The notes: generated by a model from the sequence alone, not told the origin. A stretch of DNA of 64,000 bases from an uncultured Acidobacteriota bacterium (GCA_963720925.1 CAVRHE010000012.1:11160-75159), one strand, 5' to 3'; shown: positions 9,900 through 19,777, numbered from the stretch's first letter. Numbers and translations are program-made.

Positions 9900-10616
9900 A
9901 TGGCCAAACATGGCAAGAAGTACCGCGAGGCCGCGATGCGGTACGACAAGCAGACCCCATATGGGCCAGAAGAGGCCCTGGAGCTGGTGAAGACGCTGGC
10001 TCCCGCCAAATTCGATGAAACCGTCGAGGCAGTGTTCGGTCTTGGAATCGACCCCAAGAAGGCGGACCAGCTCGTCCGCGGCACCGTTTCGCTCCCGCAC
10101 GGCACCGGCAAGGATGTCAGGGTTGCGGTCTTCGCTCCAGCGGACAAGGAAAAGGAGGCCACGGAGGCCGGTGCCGCCATTGTCGGGGGCAAGGAGCTGG
10201 TGGAGAAGCTGCAGGCCGGCGGGGAGCTCGATTTCGATGTCGCCATCGCGACCCCGGACATGATGGCCGAGGTGGGCAAGTTGGGGAAGATTCTCGGACC
10301 GCGCGGCCTAATGCCTAACCCCAAGGCCGGGACGGTCACTCCGGACGTGGCCAAAGCAGTGTCCGAATTCAAAGCCGGGCGCATCGAGTATCGCAACGAC
10401 CGCTACGGGAATGTCCACGTCCCGGTGGGCAAGGTCTCCTTCGGCCTCGACCAGTTGTCGTCCAACCTGGCTGCCCTCTCCTCGGAGCTGTTGAGGGCGA
10501 AGCCTGCAGCATCGCGCGGCCGGTACCTCCAGCAGATGTCGCTGTCGTCGACCATGGGCCCCGGGGTCAAAGTCGATGTCGGCAGTCTCGAGGATTTCGC
10601 GAAAGCGGCTGGCTAG
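9900..10616 (+). CDS. rplA: 50S ribosomal protein L1
   Basis: [11 protein letters not shown]...[34 protein letters not shown]...[15 protein letters not shown] is canonical L1. Confidence 0.95.
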   Translation: MAKHGKKYREAAMRYDKQTPYGPEEALELVKTLAPAKFDETVEAVFGLGIDPKKADQLVRGTVSLPHGTGKDVRVAVFAPADKEKEATEAGAAIVGGKELVEKLQAGGELDFDVAIATPDMMAEVGKLGKILGPRGLMPNPKAGTVTPDVAKAVSEFKAGRIEYRNDRYGNVHVPVGKVSFGLDQLSSNLAALSSELLRAKPAASRGRYLQQMSLSSTMGPGVKVDVGSLEDFAKAAG

Positions 10617-10661
10617 AGCCGGCGTCCATACTCAGAATCTGGCGTTGCGAACCAAATGCAG

Positions 10662-10690
10662 AAGAGCCCCTTTGGGGGCTCTTCCTTTGT
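10662..10690 (+). terminator. Hairpin terminator downstream of rplA
   Basis: AAGAGCCCC-TTTG-GGGGCTCTT (9-bp stem) followed by CCTTTGT, 45 nt after the rplA stop. Confidence 0.55.
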
Positions 10691-10692
10691 GA

Positions 10693-10902
10693 AACAGGGG
10701 GGATCTCCGCGCTCCGGAATCCCGTGGGCTTAGAGGGCTTCGGCTGCCAGGTCCACCGTCCGCACGCTTCCGATTACTCGTCTGTGGACCAGGGTAGGGG
10801 CTGGTCTCACTGTCGGTCACGCGACCCTCAGGTTATTTAGGGCCCGAAGAGCGGGTGGGGGCGGTCAGGGAACCCACCCGGGTCACACGGAGACCCCCTG
10901 TT
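10693..10902. ncRNA. Candidate structured RNA of unknown class (nested long-range helices in a 347-nt non-coding gap)
   Basis: 10693-10701 pairs with 10894-10902 (9 bp) and 10704-10709 pairs with 10888-10893 (6 bp), around a 2-nt bulge. Nested inside are 10721-10728 with 10873-10882 (8 bp, 2-nt bulge), an inner hairpin 10750-10756/10784-10790, and a GC(UUCG)GC hairpin at 10737-10744. No coherent ORF is present. Confidence 0.3.
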
Positions 10903-10963
10903 CTCAATGTTGCAAGTGTCGCGCGGGTACCGGAGCCTGTCCAGGGAGATTCTGGAAATCCGA

Positions 10964-11782
10964 TCAGACGGTGACAGATTGCAGGAATCCGAGGAGGGCG
11001 CGGTTGAAGGATTCGGGCTGCTCCAGGCTGGGAAGGTGTGCCGCGCCGGGTACCACGATTGGGTCGTGATCACTGAGAGCTTCCGCCAGGAGCTCAGCCG
11101 ATTGACGGCAGTCGGGGAGATCGTGCTCGCCGACCATGACCAAGGTCGGTGTGGTGATCTCGTCCCACCGTTCGGCCCGGGGAGGGTCCAGTGGGATCAG
11201 TAGCTCGTCACGGCGGTCCTCATTGGGGAGAATCGCCAGGTCCATCTCGACCACGAGGTCCCAAACATCCGATTCGACCTCGTCCCTACCCCGCCCGTAT
11301 CCCATCACCCAGATCTCCGCGTCCAACTCGGCTACTCGGGCCAAATGACCGGCCTCATACGCCTTCAGCACCTGGGGCCATTGTGGGGGCTCGTAGTCGT
11401 CGACCTCGAATCCGGGGGCGCCGGCGCCGATCACGACGAGACCGGTGACCCGCTCAGGTGAGGCCAGGGCGACGTCGAATGCGGTTCCCCCACCCATCGA
11501 GCATCCAACGACAACCGCGGCATCGATGTCGAGATGGTCCATCACGGCGAGGACATCCTCGTGGTTGGAGAATCGAGTGTCAGTGAGCGACGTGGCGCCG
11601 TGACCTCGGAGGTCGAGACTCACATATTGGAAACCGGTGGGGACTTCGGAGAGTTGATGACGCCACATCCGTCGATCGGCGATGCCGGCATGGATGAAGA
11701 CGACCGGCCGGCCCTCCCCACCGCTCTCGAATGCGATGAGAGCGTCTCCGGACGGTGCGAAGCTATCGGGCAAATCGGGCAT
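10964..11782 (-). CDS. Alpha/beta-fold hydrolase
   Basis: VVFIHAGIADRRMW, a nucleophile elbow GCSMGG, and a C-terminal PGAAHLPSLEQPESFN (catalytic His region). Confidence 0.8.
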   Translation of the reverse strand: MPDLPDSFAPSGDALIAFESGGEGRPVVFIHAGIADRRMWRHQLSEVPTGFQYVSLDLRGHGATSLTDTRFSNHEDVLAVMDHLDIDAAVVVGCSMGGGTAFDVALASPERVTGLVVIGAGAPGFEVDDYEPPQWPQVLKAYEAGHLARVAELDAEIWVMGYGRGRDEVESDVWDLVVEMDLAILPNEDRRDELLIPLDPPRAERWDEITTPTLVMVGEHDLPDCRQSAELLAEALSDHDPIVVPGAAHLPSLEQPESFNRALLGFLQSVTV

Positions 11783-11953
11783 CCGGCCACCCTACCGATC
11801 GATGGACTGGGTGGACCCGGCGGTGTTGCCGGAGTTGCCCAAGGCCCGCCGGCCGGTACTATTCATCTCGCAACTCCAATACCTCGGCCCCAGACCGTCG
11901 GTGCCTTCGGGCTCAATGGGACTCTCCCGCCAACGCAGGTCGCTCCTCGCGAG

Positions 11954-11984
11954 CCCCTTGTCATGATGCCGAGGGGTTTTGTTG
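11954..11984 (+). promoter_or_regulatory. Attenuator-like hairpin plus U-tract in the rplJ leader
   Basis: CCCCTT (11954-11959) pairs with GAGGGG (11971-11976) and is followed by TTTTGTTG, about 20 nt upstream of the GGAGGA RBS and the rplJ ATG at 12005. This is consistent with L10-leader style autoregulation. Confidence 0.35.
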
Positions 11985-12004
11985 TCTACCGACCGGAGGA
12001 GCGA

Positions 12005-12617
12005 ATGCCAAGACCAGAAAAGGTCCAGGCTGTTGCCGAAATCAAAGAGAGTCTCGAGGGATCGGAAGCTGTCTTCCTGACCGAGTATCGCGGCCTGTCC
12101 GTGAAGGCGGTACAGGAGCTGCGGGCGAGCCTGCGTGCCAGCGGAGCCGAGTACAAGGTCGTGAAGATGACCCTGGCACGACTTGCCGCCGACGACGCGG
12201 GGATCGCCGGTCTCGACGAGCATCTGCTTGGTCCGACCGCGCTCGCGTTCGCCAAGACCGACCCTGTGGCCACGGCGAAGGCCCTCAAAGACTTCTCCAA
12301 GTCTCATGAGGTCTTCATCCTGAAGGCAGGGGTTCTCTCGGGGAACATCCTCGGCCCGGAGGAAGTCTCCCGACTGGCCGAGATAGAGCCGCGCGAGGTG
12401 CTGCTGGCGAGGATCGCCGGCGCCGCCAAGGCTCCCCTTGTGCAGGCGGCCGGGCTGTTTGCGTCCTTCAATCGCAACGCCGCAACGATGTTCCAACAGC
12501 TTCTGGAAAAGAAAGAGTCGGGCGAGATCGCGCCGGCAGGAAGGCGAATCGACTGCCTCCCTGCCTGCGGACGAGCCCGTTGAAACCGACATGGCCGACT
12601 CGGCCGAGGAGGAGTGA
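12005..12617 (+). CDS. rplJ: 50S ribosomal protein L10, frame disrupted near 12538
   Basis: MPRPEKVQAVAEIKESLEGSEAVFLTEYRGLSVKAVQELR... is canonical L10. The in-frame tail (GRRIDCLPACGRAR) is implausible. An alternative frame gives an acidic tail EGESTASLPADEPVETDMADSAEEE* ending 3 nt before the rplL start codon (12621). Confidence 0.9.
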
Positions 12618-12620
12618 GAA

Positions 12621-13023
12621 ATGGCCGCCAAGACCAAGCTCAGCACCGATGAGCTGATCGCAACGTTCGAGGGCATGACCGTCCTCGAATTGAAGGAGTT
12701 CCTCGATGCCTTCGAGGAGAAGTTCGAAGTGACCGCCGCCGCTCCGGTGGCCGTCGCCGCTGCCCCCGCCGCCGGGGGCGACGGTGGCGCCGCCGCTGCC
12801 GTGGAGGAGCAGGACGAGTTCGATGTCGTCCTGACCGCGGCCGGCGCTCAGAAGATCCAGGTCATCAAAGAAGTCCGTGGGTTGACCAGCCTCGGTCTCA
12901 AGGAGGCCAAGGACCTCGTGGACGGTGCCCCGGCCAATGTGCTCGAGGCCGTCGACAAGGAGACCGCCGACAAGGCCAAGGAAGTCCTCGAAGTCCGCCG
13001 GCGCCAGCGTCGAGCTGAAGTAG
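12621..13023 (+). CDS. rplL: 50S ribosomal protein L7/L12, frame disrupted near 12992
   Basis: [30 protein letters not shown]...[27 protein letters not shown]. The canonical end SAGASVELK* is read only after a 1-nt frame change, with the stop at 13021-13023. Confidence 0.9.
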
Positions 13024-13042
13024 GGACCTCCCACGTTAAGCG

Positions 13043-13074
13043 AGAAAGCCCCCCGGCATGCCGGGGGGCTTTCT
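13043..13074. terminator. Strong hairpin between convergent rplL and SRPBCC genes
   Basis: AGAAAGCCCCCCGG-CATG-CCGGGGGGCTTTCT, a 14-bp perfect stem. Confidence 0.6.
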
Positions 13075-13092
13075 TACTTGGGCCCTGAGGCC

Positions 13093-13611
13093 TCAGTCAG
13101 GCCGCGTGGCCTTTCGGGCGAGCAGTGCCGCCAGCTTGTCGAGGGTCTGGTCCATACCCGCACGCGACAGTTCGACCACGTCCGGTGAGGTGTAGCCGTG
13201 CTCGATCACGGTGAAATCGGTCCCACCATCGGCTCCACGGGCAAAGGTCAAGACGTGGGGTACCTGCGCCGGAATGCCCGGTGGCAATCCGACCGATGCG
13301 GGATCGATCGGGTTCCCGTCCTGGTCGGCGAAGTGATGGACGAACTCCAAACGCTGCTCGGGCTCTATTTTCTGGTAGCTCCACGTGTGGAAATGCTCGA
13401 AGCCACCCATGTCGTCGGGAGCACGCATCGAGACCAGCGACGTCCCGCCCTCGCGCACGTCCATCTCGGCGACCGGAGCCGTGAACCCGGCCGGGCCCCA
13501 CCACTCTCGGACGTAATCGCCTTCGGTCCATGCCCTCCATACCTCACTGACCGGTGCTTCGAAAGTTCGGCTGAGGACCATGTCGAATGTCTCGGATTCC
13601 CCAGATGTCAT
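13093..13611 (-). CDS. SRPBCC-superfamily protein (AHSA1/Aha1-like)
   Basis: FDMVLSRTFEAPVSEVWRAWTEGDYVREWWGPAGFTAPVAEMDVREGG... The ATG at 13611 is preceded by GGAGGA 4 nt upstream, so I prefer it over the ORF-track start at 13674. Confidence 0.7.
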   Translation of the reverse strand: MTSGESETFDMVLSRTFEAPVSEVWRAWTEGDYVREWWGPAGFTAPVAEMDVREGGTSLVSMRAPDDMGGFEHFHTWSYQKIEPEQRLEFVHHFADQDGNPIDPASVGLPPGIPAQVPHVLTFARGADGGTDFTVIEHGYTSPDVVELSRAGMDQTLDKLAALLARKATRPD

Positions 13612-13704
13612 GACGTCCTCCGTTCGCAGTTTCAATTCCTTTGACCGGCGGGGTATCCCGAACTCATCGGTCACTCGGCGTCACGGATGCGTGACGCCGA
13701 AGCA

Positions 13705-16257
13705 TCAGGGAGTGGCTTGAAAATACCGGGTCACAACCGGAGTCTCTCGCTCGCGGAGCAGGACGTTGGTGTCGAGGAGCTCCAGATTCTGGGTCAGGAA
13801 ACGGGCGGCCTCCGGGATCGGGTGCTCGGCGAAGAAGCTCTTGACGTCGGCAGCGAGCTCGGGCTGGGAAAGGGCAGGCAGCCCTTCCACCACACGTCGC
13901 TTCGTCATTCCGGGCATGACCGCCAGGACCTCGTCCCAACGGGTCCTCGCATTTTGCCAGACGGCTGGCCCGGCCTCACCGGACAGGAGACGGGCGAAGA
14001 CCCAGAACCCGTCCTGGGTCCGTATCTCGCCGTTCACGATCTTCTCCATGGTGGACAAGGCCAGCTCCTCCACCTCGACTCCAGCCACCGAGCGGAGGTA
14101 GCGGACCTTCTCAGTTGGCGCATTGGTTCGGTGATACGCCGCCCAGAGCGCCTCGTACTCGTCGGCCCCACCGTGATGCGAGAACACAGAGAGCGCAGCG
14201 GTGCAGACCTCGGGATCGAACTGACTGCCCTCGAGGACGTCGCCGGCAATCTGGCGCGCCTTGACCACGGTGGCGGGGTCGTTGCCCAGGATGCCAAGCC
14301 CTGCGATCAGATCGCCACGCAACTTCCGGGTGAGGTCGCTCTCGTCGCCTGGCCCTTCCCAGGCGAGGCGGTTGAGAGCAGGGCCTACCAGGTCGCGCAC
14401 GAAGGCCTCGAACGCGGGACGGGTCTCCTCTTCCAGAGCGTGGTGTTCGATAGCCCGGAGCCCACCCATGATCACCGACCAGATGGCGTGCTCTGTTTCG
14501 TCGACGTACCTGCCGACGAGGTCGAGGAAGGCCGATGCCGGCACCTGCGCCGAGCGAACCATTGCCCACGTGTCCGACACGAGGCTGTACCGCTCGATAT
14601 CGCCGAGGGCATCGAGGTGGCCGAGGAGATCGCTGAAGAGCTCTTCGGAGTACCGGGTTCGATAGAACCCATGACCACCAGCGTTGGCGACCACGAATTC
14701 GAATGGGCCATCGACCGGGACCACGGTTTCGTCCGCGTCGAGGAGCACCTTGGTCTCGAAAGTCTTCCCATCGGCGGAGCCACGCAGCTGGATTGGGACG
14801 TCCCAGATCGTCGCGTCGGTTTCGTCGGGAATGGCAAGAAAACGCCGCTGATTCAAATGAATCCCGTCGGACGTCACCCGGACATCGATCTGGGGGAAGC
14901 CCTTCTGGTTCACCCAGCTGTTCATGATCTCGCCGACCGGCCAATCCGAGGCGCCGTCTAGCCCCTCCCAGAGGTCGCCGGTCACCGTGTTGGCGTATTC
15001 GTGCTTGCGCAGGTAGTTGCCGACCCCAGTCCGGAACTCCTCCTCGCCGATGAACTGCTCGATCATCCTGAGGACGGCAGAGCCTTTCCCGTAGGTGATC
15101 GAGTCGAACATCTCCTCGACTTCCGCGGGCGAGTTGACCTCGAACTCGATGGGTCGCGTCGTTGCCAGCTGGTCGGTGCCCATTGCCCAGGGCACTTCCA
15201 GGTTGGCGAAGGCGAGCCACCGTTTCCAGTCGGGCTTCCTCGCATCAGTGGCCTTGAGCTCCATGAAGCTGGCGAAGGCCTCGTTCAGCCACGCGCCCTC
15301 CCACCACCGCATCGTGACCAGGTTGCCGAACCATTGATGGGCGATCTCGTGTCCGACTACGTCCAGGCAGGCCTGAAGCTCGCTCTGGCTCGCCTTGGCC
15401 TCATCGAGGACGATGTAGGCGTCGCGATAAGTGATCAACCCGACGTTCTCCATGGCGCCGGCTGCGAAATCGGGAATCGCGATGTGATCCAGTTTCTGCT
15501 CCGGATAGGGAATCCCGTAATAGTCGGAGAGGTATTCGAAGCAGAAAACAGCGTTCTCCAATGCGAGGTCGGTGAGATGGAGGTTTCCCTTGGGGACGAT
15601 GATCCGTGTCGGCGTGCCCCGACTCGAGACCGGCTCCGTTGCTTCGAAGGGACCGACGATGAAGGCCAGCAGGTATGTGGACATCTTCATCGTCTCTGTG
15701 AAGTCGAAGCGGACTCGGCCGTCGTCCAGAGTCGTCCGGGATACCTCTGCGCCGTTGGCGTAGGCCTCCAACCCGTCGGCGACCACCATCGCCGTCTTGA
15801 AGGTTGCCTTGAGGTCGGGCTCGTCCCAGCAGGGGAGGACGCGGCGGGCGTCGGTCGCCTGGCATTGCGAGGTGGCGATCACGTGCTCGGTCCCGTCCTC
15901 GTCCCGATATATGGACCGGTACAGGCCACGTAGCTGGTCGTTGATGATCCCGGAGTAGGTGAGGTCGAGGGTGTAGGTGCCCGGAGCGACCGGGTGCTCC
16001 AGGGTCAGCGTGGCTCTGGCGTACTCGTCGTCGTAGGTCACGCCGGTGACGGCGGTCTCACCGTCGTCACCATTCAGCGTCATCGTCTCGATGTCGATCT
16101 CGGCGGCGTTGAGGACGATCTGGTCGAGGGTCTCGGTTATGTCGATCCGAATCGATACCTGACCGTCGAAGGTGAATGTGCCCAGGTCCGGCTCGAGGAG
16201 CAGGTTGTAATGGGCTGGGATCACACTCCGGGGCAACCGGAACGGGCTATCAGACAA
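13705..16257 (-). CDS. pepN: Aminopeptidase N (M1 family)
   Basis: GAMEN motif (FAAGAMENVG) and zinc site HEIAHQWFGNLVTMRWWEGAWLNEAFA (HExxH-x18-E) in an 850-aa protein. Confidence 0.9.
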   Translation of the reverse strand: MSDSPFRLPRSVIPAHYNLLLEPDLGTFTFDGQVSIRIDITETLDQIVLNAAEIDIETMTLNGDDGETAVTGVTYDDEYARATLTLEHPVAPGTYTLDLTYSGIINDQLRGLYRSIYRDEDGTEHVIATSQCQATDARRVLPCWDEPDLKATFKTAMVVADGLEAYANGAEVSRTTLDDGRVRFDFTETMKMSTYLLAFIVGPFEATEPVSSRGTPTRIIVPKGNLHLTDLALENAVFCFEYLSDYYGIPYPEQKLDHIAIPDFAAGAMENVGLITYRDAYIVLDEAKASQSELQACLDVVGHEIAHQWFGNLVTMRWWEGAWLNEAFASFMELKATDARKPDWKRWLAFANLEVPWAMGTDQLATTRPIEFEVNSPAEVEEMFDSITYGKGSAVLRMIEQFIGEEEFRTGVGNYLRKHEYANTVTGDLWEGLDGASDWPVGEIMNSWVNQKGFPQIDVRVTSDGIHLNQRRFLAIPDETDATIWDVPIQLRGSADGKTFETKVLLDADETVVPVDGPFEFVVANAGGHGFYRTRYSEELFSDLLGHLDALGDIERYSLVSDTWAMVRSAQVPASAFLDLVGRYVDETEHAIWSVIMGGLRAIEHHALEEETRPAFEAFVRDLVGPALNRLAWEGPGDESDLTRKLRGDLIAGLGILGNDPATVVKARQIAGDVLEGSQFDPEVCTAALSVFSHHGGADEYEALWAAYHRTNAPTEKVRYLRSVAGVEVEELALSTMEKIVNGEIRTQDGFWVFARLLSGEAGPAVWQNARTRWDEVLAVMPGMTKRRVVEGLPALSQPELAADVKSFFAEHPIPEAARFLTQNLELLDTNVLLRERETPVVTRYFQATP

Positions 16258-16337
16258 TTGAGGGCATCTCCAAGGGACGGTGGACCGAACGATGGTAACG
16301 GCCTGACATTGTTCAACCTATCGAGACCTTTACCCTG

Positions 16338-17570
16338 ATGTCGGTGACAGATCACTCGACGATTCTTGTTGCGGTCCATGGCCCGGATGGGCCGGGGATC
16401 TCGGCCGGGCTGATGGCAGTGTTGGCCGAGGCAGCGGTGGAGATCTACGACGTCGAGCAGATAGTCGTTCGTGGCCGTCTGACCCTCAATGTGCTCATTG
16501 GGGTCTCCGGTGAGCGAGCCACGATCAGGGATCTTCTCTTCTTCGGTTGGGAGCGGGGCCTGAACGTCGAGTTCGAAAAGGTCGACGACACCCCGACACC
16601 GACCCGTCCCATGTCGGTCGTGACGGTGATTGGGATGGGAGTCGGCCCCGAGGATTTCGGAGCAGTAGCCAGCGCCATAGCGGATGCCGGAGGGAACATA
16701 GACCGCATCTTTCGGCTTTCCCGCTACCCCGTCGTGAGCTATGAGCTCCTGGTCGGCAACGGGAATTTGGACCAGATGCGGGAGAACCTCGTTCGAGCTG
16801 CGCTGGAGCGCCCCATCGACATCGCCATCCAGCGCGACGGCCTCGAGCGTCGCGGCAAGCGGATGGTGATCATGGACGTCGACTCGACGCTGATCCAAGA
16901 GGAGGTGATCAATCTCCTCGCCAGGGAGGCGGGCGCAGAAGAGCGATGCTCCGAGCTGACCAATCTCGCCCTGAATGGGTCGATCGACTTCGAGGAGTCA
17001 TTGCGCGAACGAGTCGGCCTGCTCAAGGGTCTCGACCAAACGGCCATCACCAGGGTCCACGAGAACATCACACTCACCAGCGGAGCGCGCACCTTCATCC
17101 GCACCCTGAAACGGCTCGGACTGGTCACGGCCATCGTCTCCGCCGGCTTCACCCGGTTCACAGATGTCCTCGCCGCCGATCTGGGTATCGACTATTCCCT
17201 CTCCAACACTCTGGAGATGAAAGACGGGTTCCTCACCGGTCAGCTCGCCGGCGAGATCGTGGACGGTCCCCGTAAGGCGGCCTTCCTCAGGTCGATCGCC
17301 GAAGCAGAGGGCATCCCGCTCTCACAGGTCGTGGCGGTGGGTGACGGGGCCAACGATCTCGACATGCTGGCAACGGCGGGGCTTGGTATCGCTTTCAACG
17401 CCAAGCCCGTGGTCAAGGAGAGGGCGGACACGGCCATTTCGGTGCCCTACCTGGACGCGATCTTGTTCACCATGGGGATCCGGCGCCAGCACGTCGAGGA
17501 GGCCGACGAGGCAGATCCCGCATTCGAGGCCGGGGAGCGGATCCAGGTCCCAGGGACGCCGCCCGTCTGA
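16338..17570 (+). CDS. serB: Phosphoserine phosphatase SerB with N-terminal ACT-like domains
   Basis: HAD motif I MDVDSTLIQEEVI, plus ...VSAGFTRF... and VGDGANDLDML. N-terminal tandem ACT-like repeats are typical of actinobacterial SerB2. Confidence 0.85.
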   Translation: MSVTDHSTILVAVHGPDGPGISAGLMAVLAEAAVEIYDVEQIVVRGRLTLNVLIGVSGERATIRDLLFFGWERGLNVEFEKVDDTPTPTRPMSVVTVIGMGVGPEDFGAVASAIADAGGNIDRIFRLSRYPVVSYELLVGNGNLDQMRENLVRAALERPIDIAIQRDGLERRGKRMVIMDVDSTLIQEEVINLLAREAGAEERCSELTNLALNGSIDFEESLRERVGLLKGLDQTAITRVHENITLTSGARTFIRTLKRLGLVTAIVSAGFTRFTDVLAADLGIDYSLSNTLEMKDGFLTGQLAGEIVDGPRKAAFLRSIAEAEGIPLSQVVAVGDGANDLDMLATAGLGIAFNAKPVVKERADTAISVPYLDAILFTMGIRRQHVEEADEADPAFEAGERIQVPGTPPV

Positions 17571-17576
17571 GCCACT

Positions 17577-18977
17577 TCACCACTCGTGGTGGAAGAACTC
17601 GCCCCGTTGGCCATCCACTCGTTCGAAGGTGTGGGCGCCGAAGAAGTCCCGCTGCGCCTGGATCAGGTTGGCCGGTAGCCGCTCCGATCGCATCCCGTCG
17701 AAGTAGGAAAGAGCGCTGGAGTAGGCCGGCGCCGGGATTCCCGAAAGGGCAGCCCTCGCCACCACTTCCCGCCACGATGTCGTCGCTTCCACGAGGGCTT
17801 CGGAGAAGAAGTTGTCCTCCATCATGTCGGTGAGACCTGGGTCTCTGAGGAAGGCAGCGGTGATGTCCTCGAGGAAAGCCGCCCTGATGATGCATCCCGC
17901 CCGCCAGATCGATGCGATCGTCCCGAGATCGAGGCCCCAACCGAGTTCGTCGGAGGCCGCCCGCATCAGTCGGAACCCTTGGGCATAGGAGATGATCTTG
18001 GAGGCGTAGAGGGCGCTCTCCACGTCGTCGGGCGTCACTGCTTCCAGAGCGGCGGGGGCATCTGGATAGATGGCGGCCACTCTCTTGCGTGCATCGGGGT
18101 CGGAGCTGACGATTCGCGCGTAAACCGCCTCGGCTACCAGCGTTGTCGGCTGGCCCAGGTCCAAAGACGAGATCACTGTCCATTTGCCGGTGCCTTTTTG
18201 CCCGGCGGCATCCAGGATCACGTCGACGACCGGCTGACCGTCCAACTCTCTGGTCAGGATTTCGCTGGTGATCTCTATGAGATAGGAACGGAGGCGGCCT
18301 TCGTCCCACCGTGCGAAGACCTTGGACATCTCCATGGGGCTCATGCCCATGCCCCGACGCATCAGGTCGTACGCCTCGGCGATGACCTGCATGTCCCCGT
18401 ATTCGATGCCGTTGTGGACCATCTTGACGAAATGACCGGCTCCACCCGCTCCGATCCACTCACAGCAGGGCTTGCCGTCGGGAGCTTTGGCGGCGATCGA
18501 CTTGAGCATTGGCTCCACGTGGTTCCACGCCTTCCTGCTCCCGCCGGGCATGATCGACGGGCCGTGACGCGCCCCTTCCTCACCACCGGAGACCCCCATC
18601 CCGAGATAGAGGAGACCCCGAGACTCGACGAAGGCCTGGCGACGCTCAGTATCGGTGTAAAGCGAGTTCCCACCGTCGATGATGATGTCGCCCTCTTCCA
18701 TGTGATCGAGAAGGCTGTCGATCACCGCGTCCACCGGTTTGCCGGCGGTCACCATGATGAGGACGACGCGCGGCCGGCTCAGCATCCCCACCATCTCTTC
18801 GATCGAGGTGGTGGGGAGGATGCCGAGTTCCCCGGCCTCTCCGGCGATGAACTCGTCGGTGACCGATACCGTCCTGTTGAACGCCGCGACCCGATTCCCT
18901 TTGTCGGCGAGATTCAGAGCGAGGTTTGCTCCCATCACTCCAAGCCCGGCTACCGCGATATCGGCCTGACCACTCAT
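17577..18977 (-). CDS. gnd: 6-phosphogluconate dehydrogenase (decarboxylating)
   Basis: MSGQADIAVAGLGVMGANLALNLADKG... and GAGHFVKMVHNGIEYGDMQ. The start is set at the Met at 18977; the upstream 66 codons of the ORF are low-complexity. Confidence 0.9.
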   Translation of the reverse strand: MSGQADIAVAGLGVMGANLALNLADKGNRVAAFNRTVSVTDEFIAGEAGELGILPTTSIEEMVGMLSRPRVVLIMVTAGKPVDAVIDSLLDHMEEGDIIIDGGNSLYTDTERRQAFVESRGLLYLGMGVSGGEEGARHGPSIMPGGSRKAWNHVEPMLKSIAAKAPDGKPCCEWIGAGGAGHFVKMVHNGIEYGDMQVIAEAYDLMRRGMGMSPMEMSKVFARWDEGRLRSYLIEITSEILTRELDGQPVVDVILDAAGQKGTGKWTVISSLDLGQPTTLVAEAVYARIVSSDPDARKRVAAIYPDAPAALEAVTPDDVESALYASKIISYAQGFRLMRAASDELGWGLDLGTIASIWRAGCIIRAAFLEDITAAFLRDPGLTDMMEDNFFSEALVEATTSWREVVARAALSGIPAPAYSSALSYFDGMRSERLPANLIQAQRDFFGAHTFERVDGQRGEFFHHEW

Positions 18978-19029
18978 CCAAATCGAGGGTAGCTGGCGTG
19001 GAATTTGCACCCCACTAGTCTCGCCCGCC

Positions 19030-19773
19030 GTGACGACGAGGATCGGCGTCGATGTGGGTGGGTCCGGCGTGAAGGCCGGGGTGGTCGACGTGGAGGCAGG
19101 TGAGCTGGTGAGTGACCGTCTCCGGGTGGACACTCCGGAGCCGTCCACGCCCCCGGCGGTAGCCGCCGCGGTCAAAGAGCTGGTCGACCAGCTCGACGCT
19201 CCGGGGCGCGTCGGTCTTGGCTTTCCTTCGGTGATGCGTCAGGGTTGGGTGACGACCGCCAACAACATCGACAGATCCTGGATCGGTGTGAACGCTCTCG
19301 AGCTGTTCGAGACGGCTGTCGGGCGTGGGATCAGCTTGCTCAACGACGCCGACGCCGCAGGGCTGGCCGAGGTCAGGTACGGCGCAGCCAAGGGGGTGGA
19401 TGGGAAGGTGCTGGTGCTGACCTTCGGCACCGGAATCGGGAGTGCCCTATTCGCTGACGGGAAGCTGCTGCCCAACATAGAATTGGGGCAACTCGAGCTC
19501 GGCGGGGTGCGTCCCGCGGAGAAGCGCTATTCGGCCAAGTCGAGACGGGCTGAGAACCTCAGCTGGGACGAATGGGGCGATCGGGCTCGAGAGTTCATAG
19601 TCCTGGCCAACGAGGTATTCACGCCTGACCTGATCGTGATCGGTGGCGGTGTCTCCAAGTTTTGGGATGAGTTCGCCTCACATGTCACCTTCGACGACGT
19701 CAAGACCATCAAAGCTGCGCTGGCCAACAACGCCGGGATCGTCGGCGCCGCCGCTCTCGCCTTCAGCGAGTGA
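19030..19773 (+). CDS. ppgK: Polyphosphate glucokinase (ROK family)
   Basis: GVDVGGSGVKAGVVDV...LNDADAAGLAEVRYGAAKG...LTFGTGIGSALF...ELGQLEL. Size (247 aa) and pattern match actinobacterial PpgK. The start codon is GTG. Confidence 0.8.
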   Translation: MTTRIGVDVGGSGVKAGVVDVEAGELVSDRLRVDTPEPSTPPAVAAAVKELVDQLDAPGRVGLGFPSVMRQGWVTTANNIDRSWIGVNALELFETAVGRGISLLNDADAAGLAEVRYGAAKGVDGKVLVLTFGTGIGSALFADGKLLPNIELGQLELGGVRPAEKRYSAKSRRAENLSWDEWGDRAREFIVLANEVFTPDLIVIGGGVSKFWDEFASHVTFDDVKTIKAALANNAGIVGAAALAFSE

Positions 19774-19777
19774 ATAC

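Noticed and set aside
8338-9960. 540-aa minus-strand ORF covering secE-nusG-rplK
   Set aside because: It is antisense to three unmistakable conserved genes. Its translation is Arg/Gly/Pro/Leu/Asp-rich with no motif, which is the classic shadow ORF of high-GC DNA.
13687-15933. Plus-strand ORFs of 424 aa and 310 aa (13687-14961, 15001-15933) opposite pepN
   Set aside because: They are antisense to a complete M1 aminopeptidase that carries GAMEN and HExxH motifs. These are high-GC shadow ORFs.
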